DNA of 64,000 bases. It comes from Fibrobacteria bacterium. Lineage in GTDB: Bacteria; Fibrobacterota; Fibrobacteria; UBA11236. The notes under the pieces were generated by a model. That model saw only the letters and a list, made by a program, of their open reading frames with translations, made no database searches and was not told the origin of the DNA. The position numbers and the translations under genes were made by a program. Location: contig JAYTSD010000045.1 of the NCBI GenBank assembly GCA_043745805.1, positions 80,505-144,504 of the forward strand, given 5' to 3'. This document shows positions 1-8,335 of this stretch, one piece after another; positions within the stretch are counted from its first letter, which is position 1, and each line of letters starts with the position of its first letter.

Positions 1-1
1 C

Positions 2-559
2 GATGAAGTTTTTACGGGAAGCCATGGCTTTGCCGAAATTTTGATTGATTATATTTTTTTATCGCATCCACTAAATCAAATTCAAACCTACAGCTATGGC
101 GGAGAAGGTGCAACTTGGCAACAGGTACTTGCGCAAACTCCTCTTCATGTGATTAGTAAGTCACCCGATCAAATTTTATTGTGCTTGGGATATAACGAGA
201 TTCAATCTGGAAAAAATGTGGAATACATTTCTATCGAGGTGCATAATCTTTTGCATTTGATATTGGAAAAAACCAAAGCTGAAATTTTTGTGGGCAATTT
301 ATGCGTGGATTTATTTGCTGAGGATAAGCAAGAGCAGGCTAAACAATTCAACCAAATTTTAGCGAATATAAATTTACCGCGTTTACGACTTGTAGATTTA
401 GATATCCCATTCAAAAATTATTTGCAAAAACATCGTGAAAGTACCGGCGAAAAACGTTCTCTGCATACGCAATGGAATAAGTTAACCACCCTTGGCAAAT
501 TATTATTGGCGCAACATTTTTTTCAACATTTGCTAGAACATTCCAGTTATAAGGCTTAG
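2..559 (+). CDS. SGNH/GDSL-like hydrolase family protein, 5' end probably truncated by the window edge
   Basis: ORF 41..559 starts at a TTG, and the same frame is open back to nt 2 with no stop, so the real start is probably upstream of the window. The weak block-III-like (GYNE) and DxxH-like motifs are consistent with the C-terminal part of an SGNH hydrolase. Confidence 0.35.
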   Translation, partial: DEVFTGSHGFAEILIDYIFLSHPLNQIQTYSYGGEGATWQQVLAQTPLHVISKSPDQILLCLGYNEIQSGKNVEYISIEVHNLLHLILEKTKAEIFVGNLCVDLFAEDKQEQAKQFNQILANINLPRLRLVDLDIPFKNYLQKHRESTGEKRSLHTQWNKLTTLGKLLLAQHFFQHLLEHSSYKA

Positions 560-625
560 AAAACCCCATTTTTATTTTGCTTTAGGGTATATTTTAAACT
601 CGATTGATTAACCGAAGGACAATAC

Positions 626-955
626 ATGGCAGATGATAATCACGACCGGTTTTTACGAAAAAATCAGGCTTTAAGTAAAGCCTATGAAATTCAAAAAAAA
701 GACACTTATAAAGACAAAATGGTTAAAGGTGAAGTGAAGCCAATTGTTGGGGCTTGCTATCGCTGTAAAAAAGAGCGCCCTTGTTTAAAATACAGTGTAA
801 TGGAAACTGGACGTGCAGAAGGCGCTGTATCAGTGTCGAATGAATATGTTCCCTTATGCGAAGAATGTGCTCCCAAGAAAAGAAAAATTGAGAACGAACT
901 CAGTAAAAAGCAAATAACCTCTTTGTTACGTGGGGCAAGGAACGGGCGCATTTAA
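626..955 (+). CDS. small hypothetical protein with two CxxC pairs (zinc-ribbon-like)
   Basis: 109-aa ORF containing the Cys pairs CYRCKK...CEEC. It is lysine-rich and has no recognisable family. Confidence 0.4.
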   Translation: MADDNHDRFLRKNQALSKAYEIQKKDTYKDKMVKGEVKPIVGACYRCKKERPCLKYSVMETGRAEGAVSVSNEYVPLCEECAPKKRKIENELSKKQITSLLRGARNGRI

Positions 956-1021
956 GCCCATCTACTATTAATCTTTGATTATTTTTAGCTAATCCTAGTA
1001 AAAAGATTGGCTAATCTTTAT

Positions 1022-1504
1022 TTATGAATGTAAGGCTTCTTCGGGGCCATTAATACTTTGCTTCATTTCGCTGATCTCCGAAAGAAATTCTTTAATTTCC
1101 TTGAACTTACGATAAACAGAAGCAAAACGAATATAAGCGACTTCATCCACTAAAAACAACGCACGCATGGCAAGCTCACCCACTAGTTTGCTATCCACTT
1201 CATTATCGGGCATGCTATGCAACTGGTTTTCAATTTGATCCACCATTTGATCGATGGCTTGCGAGGAAATCGGCCTTTTTTTGCAAGCGGTATAAAAGCC
1301 AGACAGTATTTTTTGTCTGTCGAAGGGTTCGCGTCTACCATCATTTTTGACCACAGTAAGCGGCGTGGTTTCCACATATTCATAAGTAGTAAAGCGTTGG
1401 GCACAACTTAAACATTCACGTCTACGTCGAATAGCCTTCCCTTCGCGACTGCTTCGGGAATCTACAACTTTATCTTCTTCAAATGAACAGTAAGGACATT
1501 TCAT
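1022..1504 (-). CDS. nrdR: transcriptional repressor NrdR
   Basis: The N-terminus MKCPYCSFEEDKVVDSR...RRRECLSCAQRFTTYE is the NrdR zinc ribbon, followed by the ATP-cone region. The 160-aa length is typical. Confidence 0.9.
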   Translation of the reverse strand: MKCPYCSFEEDKVVDSRSSREGKAIRRRRECLSCAQRFTTYEYVETTPLTVVKNDGRREPFDRQKILSGFYTACKKRPISSQAIDQMVDQIENQLHSMPDNEVDSKLVGELAMRALFLVDEVAYIRFASVYRKFKEIKEFLSEISEMKQSINGPEEALHS

Positions 1505-1526
1505 AGCCGGTATAAATATACCGGCT
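1505..1526. promoter_or_regulatory. perfect 22-nt palindrome (AGCCGGTATAAATATACCGGCT) immediately adjacent to the nrdR start codon
   Basis: The sequence is an exact reverse-complement symmetric hairpin or operator. It lies between the pfp 3' end and the nrdR 5' end. Confidence 0.35.
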
Positions 1527-1587
1527 TTTCAACAACTAATCAACAGATTTAGTCAAAAACCCCAAATAATATGTTGAAAAGTTTTGG

Positions 1588-3243
1588 CTATGTGTTTTCT
1601 AATAACAAAGTTTGATTGGTTACATCGCAAACTTCACTAGGTCCAAAATATTGAATAGGGCCAGGATATAAAAAGGAATCCTCCACAGCCCAAACTTCAC
1701 GATACTTAGCGAAATATAAGAAAGCCGGTCCAGTAAGCTCTACAAGGGCTTTTTGAATTACGGGTTTCATTTTGCCATGTCTTTGTTCCATATTGAATAA
1801 CATGCTAATGGGAATACCACCTGCGGTCCAAGCATCAACCCCTTTAGAGAGGTCTCGAATGGAAGCCATATAACCTGTTAATCCATTGGCTAATAAAACG
1901 GCCGCGGTACAGCCTAGGCTATAGCAATAATCGGCATCAAAATTAGAAGGAGCTGCTGCGCGGCCTTCATAGCCAAAGAAATGATGTTGTGCTGAAAATT
2001 TGCCTTTATAATCATTGCTCGCTTTTAATTTTTGGCCAACCAATTCGCTAAGTAATTTTTCCGTATCGATTTGTGAAACCTGTACGTTACCATGGGGATC
2101 GCGGTCGAGCAGCAATTGGATTTGTATGCCCGGAGGTAAACTCAAAAAAGTCTTTAACGTTTCGCCACCTAACCATTGCAATACCTTAGTGACTTTTTCG
2201 GTCGATGTGGTAAGAGCTGTAAACTCAATTTCATGATGGGCTAATAAATCATTGAGTTGCGAAATTAAGGTATTAAAGGAGGGAATAAATTCAATCAAAC
2301 CTTCGGGTACCAAAACTACGCCATAATTTTTGCCTTTATCTGCACGTACTTTAACCGCATCAGCAATTTGCGTGACCACATCGTCTAAGCTTTGTTTTTT
2401 AGCTAAGACTTCTTCGGAAATGAGGGTAACATTCGCATGGGTTTGCAAAGCGGCCTCTAAAGCAATGTGTGAAGCAGAGCGACCCATAAGTTTAATAAAA
2501 TGCCAATATTTTTTTGCAGAACTGGCATCGCGCGCAATATTGCCAATTAATTCTGCATAGGTTTTTACTGCCGTATCAAAGCCAAAAGAAACAGGGATAT
2601 AAGCATTTTTTAAATCCCCATCGATGGTTTTGGGTACACCGGTTACCGTAGCGGCTACGTTCTTTTCTTGAAAATACTCGGCTAAAACGGCTGCATTGGT
2701 ATTTGAGTCATCGCCGCCAATAATCACAATTGCATGAATGTTTAATTTTTTAATGACGTCTATACAACAATCGAATTGTTCCGTGGTTTCGAGTTTGGTG
2801 CGTCCCGATCCAATAATATCAAAGCCACCGGTATTGCGGAAGGCATTCATTTTTGCTTGATCGATGATTTCGTATTTACCTTTTTCTAATCCGCTTGGTC
2901 CGCCTAAAAAACCAAATAATTGACTATCGGGATGTAAAACTTTAATGCTATCAAAAATACCGGCAATCACATTATGACCACCAGGCGCTTGTCCACCGGA
3001 TAAAACCACACCTACATTTAAAGGTTTAATTTCGGCTGATGAAGGCTTGGCTTCAAATTGTATTAAAGGCAATCCAAAACTATGGGGAAAATTACTTTTG
3101 ATGGCGACTTTATCTTTGGGAGGTTCAGCACTTATTCCTTTTACCGCTGAAACTTGGCGAATACCCTGGCGTAAACTTTGTGGTAATTTAGGATGATATT
3201 GTTGACGATGTTTTTCTAGTACAGAAATAAGACTCACAAGCAC
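1588..3243 (-). CDS. pfp: pyrophosphate-dependent 6-phosphofructokinase (long, about 550-aa PFP type)
   Basis: PFK fold with GGDDS (Asp where ATP-PFKs have Gly) and PKTIDGD (Lys where ATP-PFKs have Gly). These are the two classic PPi-specificity substitutions. At 551 aa it resembles the long spirochaete/chlamydial/plant-type PFPs. Confidence 0.85.
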   Translation of the reverse strand: MLVSLISVLEKHRQQYHPKLPQSLRQGIRQVSAVKGISAEPPKDKVAIKSNFPHSFGLPLIQFEAKPSSAEIKPLNVGVVLSGGQAPGGHNVIAGIFDSIKVLHPDSQLFGFLGGPSGLEKGKYEIIDQAKMNAFRNTGGFDIIGSGRTKLETTEQFDCCIDVIKKLNIHAIVIIGGDDSNTNAAVLAEYFQEKNVAATVTGVPKTIDGDLKNAYIPVSFGFDTAVKTYAELIGNIARDASSAKKYWHFIKLMGRSASHIALEAALQTHANVTLISEEVLAKKQSLDDVVTQIADAVKVRADKGKNYGVVLVPEGLIEFIPSFNTLISQLNDLLAHHEIEFTALTTSTEKVTKVLQWLGGETLKTFLSLPPGIQIQLLLDRDPHGNVQVSQIDTEKLLSELVGQKLKASNDYKGKFSAQHHFFGYEGRAAAPSNFDADYCYSLGCTAAVLLANGLTGYMASIRDLSKGVDAWTAGGIPISMLFNMEQRHGKMKPVIQKALVELTGPAFLYFAKYREVWAVEDSFLYPGPIQYFGPSEVCDVTNQTLLLENT

Positions 3244-3408
3244 TCCAAAGCAAAATTGTTTATGAGTTAAAAATAATTTGCAGTACGATTAATTCCGAGA
3301 TTAATTTGTTATTGCCGAACACCTTCGCAATTAAAACAGCTTTCTTATTGGCTTTAGGTAAAGAGATTGACGAAATCTGGGACTATTACGTAAATTAACC
3401 CACCTCAT

Positions 3409-3485
3409 CGGGATGTGGCTCAGTCTGGTAGAGTACTTGAATGGGGTTCAAGTGGTCGTGGGTTCGAATCCCGCCATCCCGACCA
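3409..3485 (+). tRNA. tRNA-Pro (anticodon GGG)
   Basis: Manually folded cloverleaf. Acceptor stem CGGGATG/CATCCCG, D-stem GCTC/GAGT, anticodon stem CTTGA/TCAAG with loop ATGGGGT (U33, G37), T-loop TTCGAAT and an encoded CCA. Confidence 0.85.
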
Positions 3486-3490
3486 GAATT

Positions 3491-3526
3491 AAAAAAACGG
3501 CAGTTTTTAACAACTGCCGTTTTTTC
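3491..3526 (+). terminator. rho-independent terminator after tRNA-Pro
   Basis: Stem ACGGCAGTT / AACTGCCGT followed by TTTTT. Confidence 0.7.
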
Positions 3527-3554
3527 CGCAGCAAATTAATTTAAGAGAGACCTA

Positions 3555-4049
3555 ATGGAAAATAACCTTTGTTCTTGTGATACCAAAAAACCTTATTCAC
3601 AATGTTGCGAACCCGTACTAAAGGGCGTGAAAATTGCGGAATCCCCCATGGAATTAATGCGTGCGCGTTATTCAGCTTTTGTCCATCAAGAAATTGATTT
3701 TATTGTGAACTCGATTGCGCCTAGTAAAAAGAAAGAATTTGATCGCAAGGATATTGAAGATTGGTCGAAAAATACCGAGTGGATGGGACTTGAAATCGTA
3801 TCTACGGAAAACGGTGGTCCTAATGATGACAAGGGGCAGGTAGAATTTATTGCCACCTCACGCGATAAAGAGGAAATCAATAAGCATCATGAATTAGCTT
3901 CCTTCGTGAAAATAAAGGGTTCATGGTTTTTTGAAACTGGACGCACACCTCCTGCTAAGCCCATAAAATTAGAGGGTCCCAAAATTGGTCGTAATGATCC
4001 TTGTCATTGTGGTAGCGGACAGAAGTTTAAGAAATGCCATGGGAAATAG
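3555..4049 (+). CDS. YchJ-family protein (UPF0225) with C-terminal SEC-C zinc-binding motif
   Basis: The N-terminal CSC...CC and the C-terminal [18 protein letters not shown] motif match this family. The 164-aa length is typical of YchJ. Confidence 0.75.
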   Translation: MENNLCSCDTKKPYSQCCEPVLKGVKIAESPMELMRARYSAFVHQEIDFIVNSIAPSKKKEFDRKDIEDWSKNTEWMGLEIVSTENGGPNDDKGQVEFIATSRDKEEINKHHELASFVKIKGSWFFETGRTPPAKPIKLEGPKIGRNDPCHCGSGQKFKKCHGK

Positions 4050-4081
4050 CTAATTGCTAACTCCTAGGTTTACGTGTAGGT

Positions 4082-4630
4082 TTATTTCAAGGCATGTAAA
4101 CTATTTGCTGCTCGTATTTTTTGCGCTTTAGCCCAAAGGGCCTTGTCCTTCTTTAAAAACCGAATTAAAGCCGAAGAGGTGCATGCTAAGGCTTGACCAG
4201 CAGGGGAAACCTGGCCCAGAAACTTTCCTAAATAGTAAATCGAACGCATGGCAAAAATGGGGAAGTCATCATGGGATGCGCTGCACTCTATCCGAAAAAT
4301 AGGCGCGCTAAAGATGGTTAATTTTTCAGTATCATTGTCGTCCTCGTTAAAATTTATAGGCCATAAAAGCGCAAGTTGCATTCGTAATTTATGCAAGGAA
4401 TCTTGCAGGTTACGTTGAGATTCTCGAAAGGCCTCAGCTTCAGCTGAAATTTGTGAAGGGTTATGAATTAAGCGTATACCACTATACACACGATTCCGTT
4501 TTTGACCGCCAGGTCCCGAACCTTGATAACGTTCCTGTTTACAAGTCCGGAGAAATTCTTCAGGGGAAAGGGCCAAATACTGGCAGATTAAATTTGCGGC
4601 AAGCATATTGATTTTTTCGTTTAACCTCAA
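4082..4630 (-). CDS. GGQ-motif peptidyl-tRNA hydrolase domain protein (ArfB/PrfH-like release-factor domain) with a C-terminal extension
   Basis: GSGPGGQKRNRVYSGIRL matches the class-I release factor GGQ catalytic loop. The protein has no codon-recognition domains and is 182 aa. Confidence 0.55.
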   Translation of the reverse strand: MRLNEKINMLAANLICQYLALSPEEFLRTCKQERYQGSGPGGQKRNRVYSGIRLIHNPSQISAEAEAFRESQRNLQDSLHKLRMQLALLWPINFNEDDNDTEKLTIFSAPIFRIECSASHDDFPIFAMRSIYYLGKFLGQVSPAGQALACTSSALIRFLKKDKALWAKAQKIRAANSLHALK

Positions 4631-4647
4631 TAAAAGGTTAGTTTATT

Positions 4648-5052
4648 ATGGGAGGTTTTATGGCTACAGATAAAAAATTTGCTGAATTTATAATGGATCA
4701 AGCACGAGCAGCAGGACATGTTTTGGCTAAGCCTATGTTTGGGGATTACGGCCTATACTGCGATGGGAAAATTGTGGGTCTAATCTGTGACGATCAATTA
4801 TTTATCAAACCCACGGAAGCCGGTAAAAAATTTATCGATGATATTGTCGAAGCTCCGCCATATCTAGGGGCTAAGAATTATTTTCTCATTGAAGATAAAT
4901 TCGAAGAACGAGATTGGATTTCAGAATTAATTAAAATCACCGCAGAGGCTTTGCCACAAAAAGTTTTTAAAGGAAAACATGCTGTCAAAAAAATAGTCAA
5001 AAAGAAGTCGTTAAAAAAAGCTTCTGTAAAACAGAAATCTAAACCCTCATGA
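4648..5052 (+). CDS. TfoX N-terminal domain-like protein
   Basis: The MFGDYGLYCDGKIVGLICDDQLFIKP block resembles the TfoX/Sxy N-terminal domain. There is a lysine-rich C-terminal tail. The stop overlaps the next start (ATGA). Confidence 0.5.
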   Translation: MGGFMATDKKFAEFIMDQARAAGHVLAKPMFGDYGLYCDGKIVGLICDDQLFIKPTEAGKKFIDDIVEAPPYLGAKNYFLIEDKFEERDWISELIKITAEALPQKVFKGKHAVKKIVKKKSLKKASVKQKSKPS

Positions 5053-5621
5053 CCCTTAAAGAATTTTATTATCGAGGTTTGCCCGTTGGTGTTTTCGAAA
5101 CGGAAAATTATCCAACCGAAAAGGGTATGTACAAATACTCACCCTATCTTGGCGTAGCCCATCAGGAAATGTTAGACGCATTAAGTAAAATAAAAATTGC
5201 TCGATGCTACTATGACACTAGTCATGGCCGCCTATTTTTTGATGTTCATGAATGTAAAGAAAATACATGGTTTGAAATAGACAATTTCGAATGGGTTAAG
5301 CTTACGGATAAAAATTTACTGAAATGGCTTGCGCCTTGGATTCCCGCTGTTGCAGGGCTTGAAAAGGAATTAACCAAAGAAGTAGGCTCTGGGCATGTGC
5401 TTTATCAATTACAATGTTTGTCCATTGGAAGGCGAATTGATAATGATGAAGTCCTTTTTCAAATTTATAATTCTTCGATTAATTATGCCGTGGTGCATTT
5501 AACATGGTTGGGAAAAATGGAAATGGATGATTCATTACCCAAGGTGGAATTGTTCACAACTATCGAAGAATGGGCTGAATTAAAAATGAAGACGGACCAT
5601 TTGGCTTATATGGATTTTTAA
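5049..5621 (+). CDS. hypothetical protein (translationally coupled to the upstream TfoX-N-like gene)
   Basis: 190-aa ORF with a 4-nt start/stop overlap with the upstream gene. No family was recognised. Confidence 0.45.
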   Translation: MTLKEFYYRGLPVGVFETENYPTEKGMYKYSPYLGVAHQEMLDALSKIKIARCYYDTSHGRLFFDVHECKENTWFEIDNFEWVKLTDKNLLKWLAPWIPAVAGLEKELTKEVGSGHVLYQLQCLSIGRRIDNDEVLFQIYNSSINYAVVHLTWLGKMEMDDSLPKVELFTTIEEWAELKMKTDHLAYMDF

Positions 5622-5717
5622 TTTCTCTTTCTATAAATCTTTGCTTTATTAAAGCAAAGAGGACATTTTTAAAAAGTTATTAGAGATCAGGGCTTAAGCA
5701 AATATTGATATAAGGCA

Positions 5718-5942
5718 TCATTTTAAATGAAAGCGTTTCAGTTTTAACGCTTCCATTTCAGCATCGCCGATGAGCAAATCCGTTTTTTCGAAATCATAAG
5801 CCAAATCATTATTCGCTTTTTTATTGGGCTTGGATCCCAAATTAGTTCGGTTTACGTGCTTTCCATTGGCCGCATATGCAATATTGGCAGAATCTATGAC
5901 ATTATTGCAGATTTTATTGCCCTCATTTATCGAAAAATGCAA
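5718..5942 (-). CDS. small hypothetical protein
   Basis: 74-aa ORF in an otherwise empty 360-bp gap. No family was recognised and it is weakly supported. Confidence 0.25.
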   Translation of the reverse strand: MHFSINEGNKICNNVIDSANIAYAANGKHVNRTNLGSKPNKKANNDLAYDFEKTDLLIGDAEMEALKLKRFHLK

Positions 5943-5980
5943 TGCCTAGTGCTACAATAAGTCCAAACTAGGCGGACTTA

Positions 5981-7357
5981 TTGATTGACAAAATATCGTA
6001 TCAACCTATTGATACTTTAAAGCTCTCCGAACTCATCGCTTCGCTTAGCCATGCTTTGGATATGACTGAGGGGCAACCTGCTGGGCATTGTATTCGTAGT
6101 TGTTGGATAGGCATACACATTGGGAGAACGATCCAACTCGAAGAAAAAATATTACGTGATTTATATTACACTTTACTCTTGAAGGATTTAGGCTGTAGTA
6201 GTAATGCGGCGCGCATTTGTGAATTGTACTTGTCTGATGATTTACAATTCAAACGCAATTTTAAATTGATCAATAGTGGAAGTATTGCGCAAGTTTTGGA
6301 TTTCGTTTTCAAAAATACCGCTTCTGGTTCGCGTCTTCCTCAGCGTTTAACTTCGCTGATTAATGTTATGCGCAATGGGTCGGAAATTACGCAGGAAATG
6401 ACGCAAACTCGCTGCACGCGCGGTGCGGATATTGCTCGGCAATTACGTTTTAGCGAAGCTGTTGCGGAGGGAATTTATAATCTCGATGAACATTGGGATG
6501 GGGGAGGTCATCCGGGCCATTTGAAAAAGGAACAGATCCCATTATTCTCACGCATTGCCTTATTGTCACAAGTGATAGACGTGTTTCATTTTTCAGGCGG
6601 AAAAGAAACAGCCTTAAAAGAAATTGCCGAACGCAGTGGTAAATGGTTTGATCCGCAATTAGTGAAAGCTTTTCAACAAGTCGCAGATAAGAAAGAATTT
6701 TGGGAAGGGTTGATTGCAACTGATTTGCAAAAAACTTTGCTTTCCTTAGAACCTGGTTTACAAACGGTTTCTTTGGACGATGATTTTTTGGATGAAATTG
6801 CGGCTGCATTTGGACAGGTCGTGGATTCAAAAAGTCCTTATACAGCAGGCCATAGTGAACGTGTGGCGGTATATGCCGAATTGATTGGGCAAGAACTGGG
6901 TTTAGATAATAATTATCGGCGATGGCTAAAACGCGGCGCCTTATTGCATGACTTGGGAAAGCTAGGCGTAAGCAATACCATACTGGATAAACCTGGTAAA
7001 TTAGATGAGGAAGAATGGAAACAAATTCGTTTACATCCAGGGTTAACCGAACAAATTTTAGTGCAAATGCCAGCTTTTCGAGAATTGGCTTTAGTGGCAG
7101 GGGCACATCATGAAAAATTGGATGGTACAGGTTACCCTAAAAAAATGTGTGGTGAAGAAATCACTTTGGGTACACGCGTAATTACCACGGCGGATATATT
7201 CGATGCCATTACCGCAAATCGGCCCTATCGAGGCCCAATTCCCGTGGCTAAGGCTTTGGATATGATGGAGGCGGAAATAGGAGTTGCCATTGATGCGCAA
7301 TGCTTTGCCGCCTTAAAAACATCTTTGAATCGGCTGCCTGAAAACGCACCCAAATAA
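5981..7357 (+). CDS. HD-GYP domain protein (putative c-di-GMP phosphodiesterase) with about 270-aa N-terminal domain of unknown function
   Basis: HDLGK and HHEKLDGTGYP motifs are present. The ORF-track start is a TTG, and the true start may be a downstream ATG. Confidence 0.8.
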   Translation: MIDKISYQPIDTLKLSELIASLSHALDMTEGQPAGHCIRSCWIGIHIGRTIQLEEKILRDLYYTLLLKDLGCSSNAARICELYLSDDLQFKRNFKLINSGSIAQVLDFVFKNTASGSRLPQRLTSLINVMRNGSEITQEMTQTRCTRGADIARQLRFSEAVAEGIYNLDEHWDGGGHPGHLKKEQIPLFSRIALLSQVIDVFHFSGGKETALKEIAERSGKWFDPQLVKAFQQVADKKEFWEGLIATDLQKTLLSLEPGLQTVSLDDDFLDEIAAAFGQVVDSKSPYTAGHSERVAVYAELIGQELGLDNNYRRWLKRGALLHDLGKLGVSNTILDKPGKLDEEEWKQIRLHPGLTEQILVQMPAFRELALVAGAHHEKLDGTGYPKKMCGEEITLGTRVITTADIFDAITANRPYRGPIPVAKALDMMEAEIGVAIDAQCFAALKTSLNRLPENAPK

Positions 7358-7552
7358 TTCTTAACCTAAGAAGCTAAATAAATTTAATCCGTCAATTTTG
7401 CAAAACAAAGTTTTAATTTAGTTGTATAAAATTTGACCTGCAATTCTTGACCAGCGACTTCATCTGTAATATGGATTGATAAGGTCAAAAAAATCAAACA
7501 TTTAGAAATAAAATTTTCTATTACGCACTAGAATTGGTAGTTTAAAATAAGT

Positions 7553-8335
7553 ATGCCAATGACGATTAAGCCCAAGCAGATAAAAAACATTTTTTTACTG
7601 CTAACAAGTTTTTTGTCGACAGGCTGTTTGTATTCCGTACACCATTTTAATACGGGTACTATTTTACCGGCAGGTAAAAGCCAGGTTACTCTCGGCGCAG
7701 GACAGGAGACTTTATGGAAATGCCAACATAGTCAGCCAGACAGCATTTCGCATGTATGCAGAGAAAACGAAAGTAAATATGGAAATGAAACTATTTCGAA
7801 TTCAGAAATTTTTACTGGAAGTTTAAATTATCGCTTAGGGATTCGTGATTCATGGGGCCCTTTTCCGGGAGCTGAATTGGAGTGGCATTTGGAATTACCG
7901 ACCAATCCTGCTACCATGGAATTTGCATTGAATTTAGCCTTGCCAGGCGGGCATACCTTTCATCATAAAATCGGAGCAGGTTGGGGTATCGGAGCTTGGG
8001 CGGACAATTCCTTTTTTATGGAATATGCTTTGTCACAAAGTTGGGGGAGTACTTTGGGTTTTGGTAACTTACGTGCTACCTATTTAGCCACGCAAATAGG
8101 CGAGGTAACTTCGGGAAATTTTTCGGATCCACTGCCTAGTAATCAGCATTTGCTTTTACAAGCAGGAATGGGAGTATTTTATCGATTACCTGATTGGATA
8201 ATTATTCCTGATTTTATTATCCCGCAAGTAAATTTAACCCTTCCGCAAATCCCCTCAGGTAATCAGCAATTTAGTGCAAAGGATATTCCACTTGCACAAT
8301 GGAACATTAATTTGGGTCTAGGATGGAATTTTTAA
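7553..8335 (+). CDS. putative outer-membrane lipoprotein / small beta-barrel protein
   Basis: Signal peptide with LSTGC lipobox. There is an aromatic-rich alternating pattern and a C-terminal ...LGLGWNF ending in Phe, which is an outer-membrane beta-barrel signature. The stop overlaps the receptor gene start (TAATG). Confidence 0.45.
   Translation: MPMTIKPKQIKNIFLLLTSFLSTGCLYSVHHFNTGTILPAGKSQVTLGAGQETLWKCQHSQPDSISHVCRENESKYGNETISNSEIFTGSLNYRLGIRDSWGPFPGAELEWHLELPTNPATMEFALNLALPGGHTFHHKIGAGWGIGAWADNSFFMEYALSQSWGSTLGFGNLRATYLATQIGEVTSGNFSDPLPSNQHLLLQAGMGVFYRLPDWIIIPDFIIPQVNLTLPQIPSGNQQFSAKDIPLAQWNINLGLGWNF

Noticed and set aside
2015-2560. Antisense ORFs inside pfp (2015..2236, 2330..2560) and similar ORFs shadowing other long genes (6450..7106, 14261..15770, 25739..26197, 40453..41203, 60181..60849)
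   Set aside because: They lie entirely within strongly supported genes on the opposite strand or in an alternate frame, so they are typical shadow ORFs.
1588-3243. Chlamydial origin suggested by the long PPi-PFK
   Set aside because: The window also encodes a TonB-dependent receptor, PEP-CTERM and T9SS-like sorting signals, GH16, an RCC1 propeller, a NupG-family permease and a DHA2-family efflux pump. This free-living, glycan-foraging gene content is incompatible with Chlamydiae.
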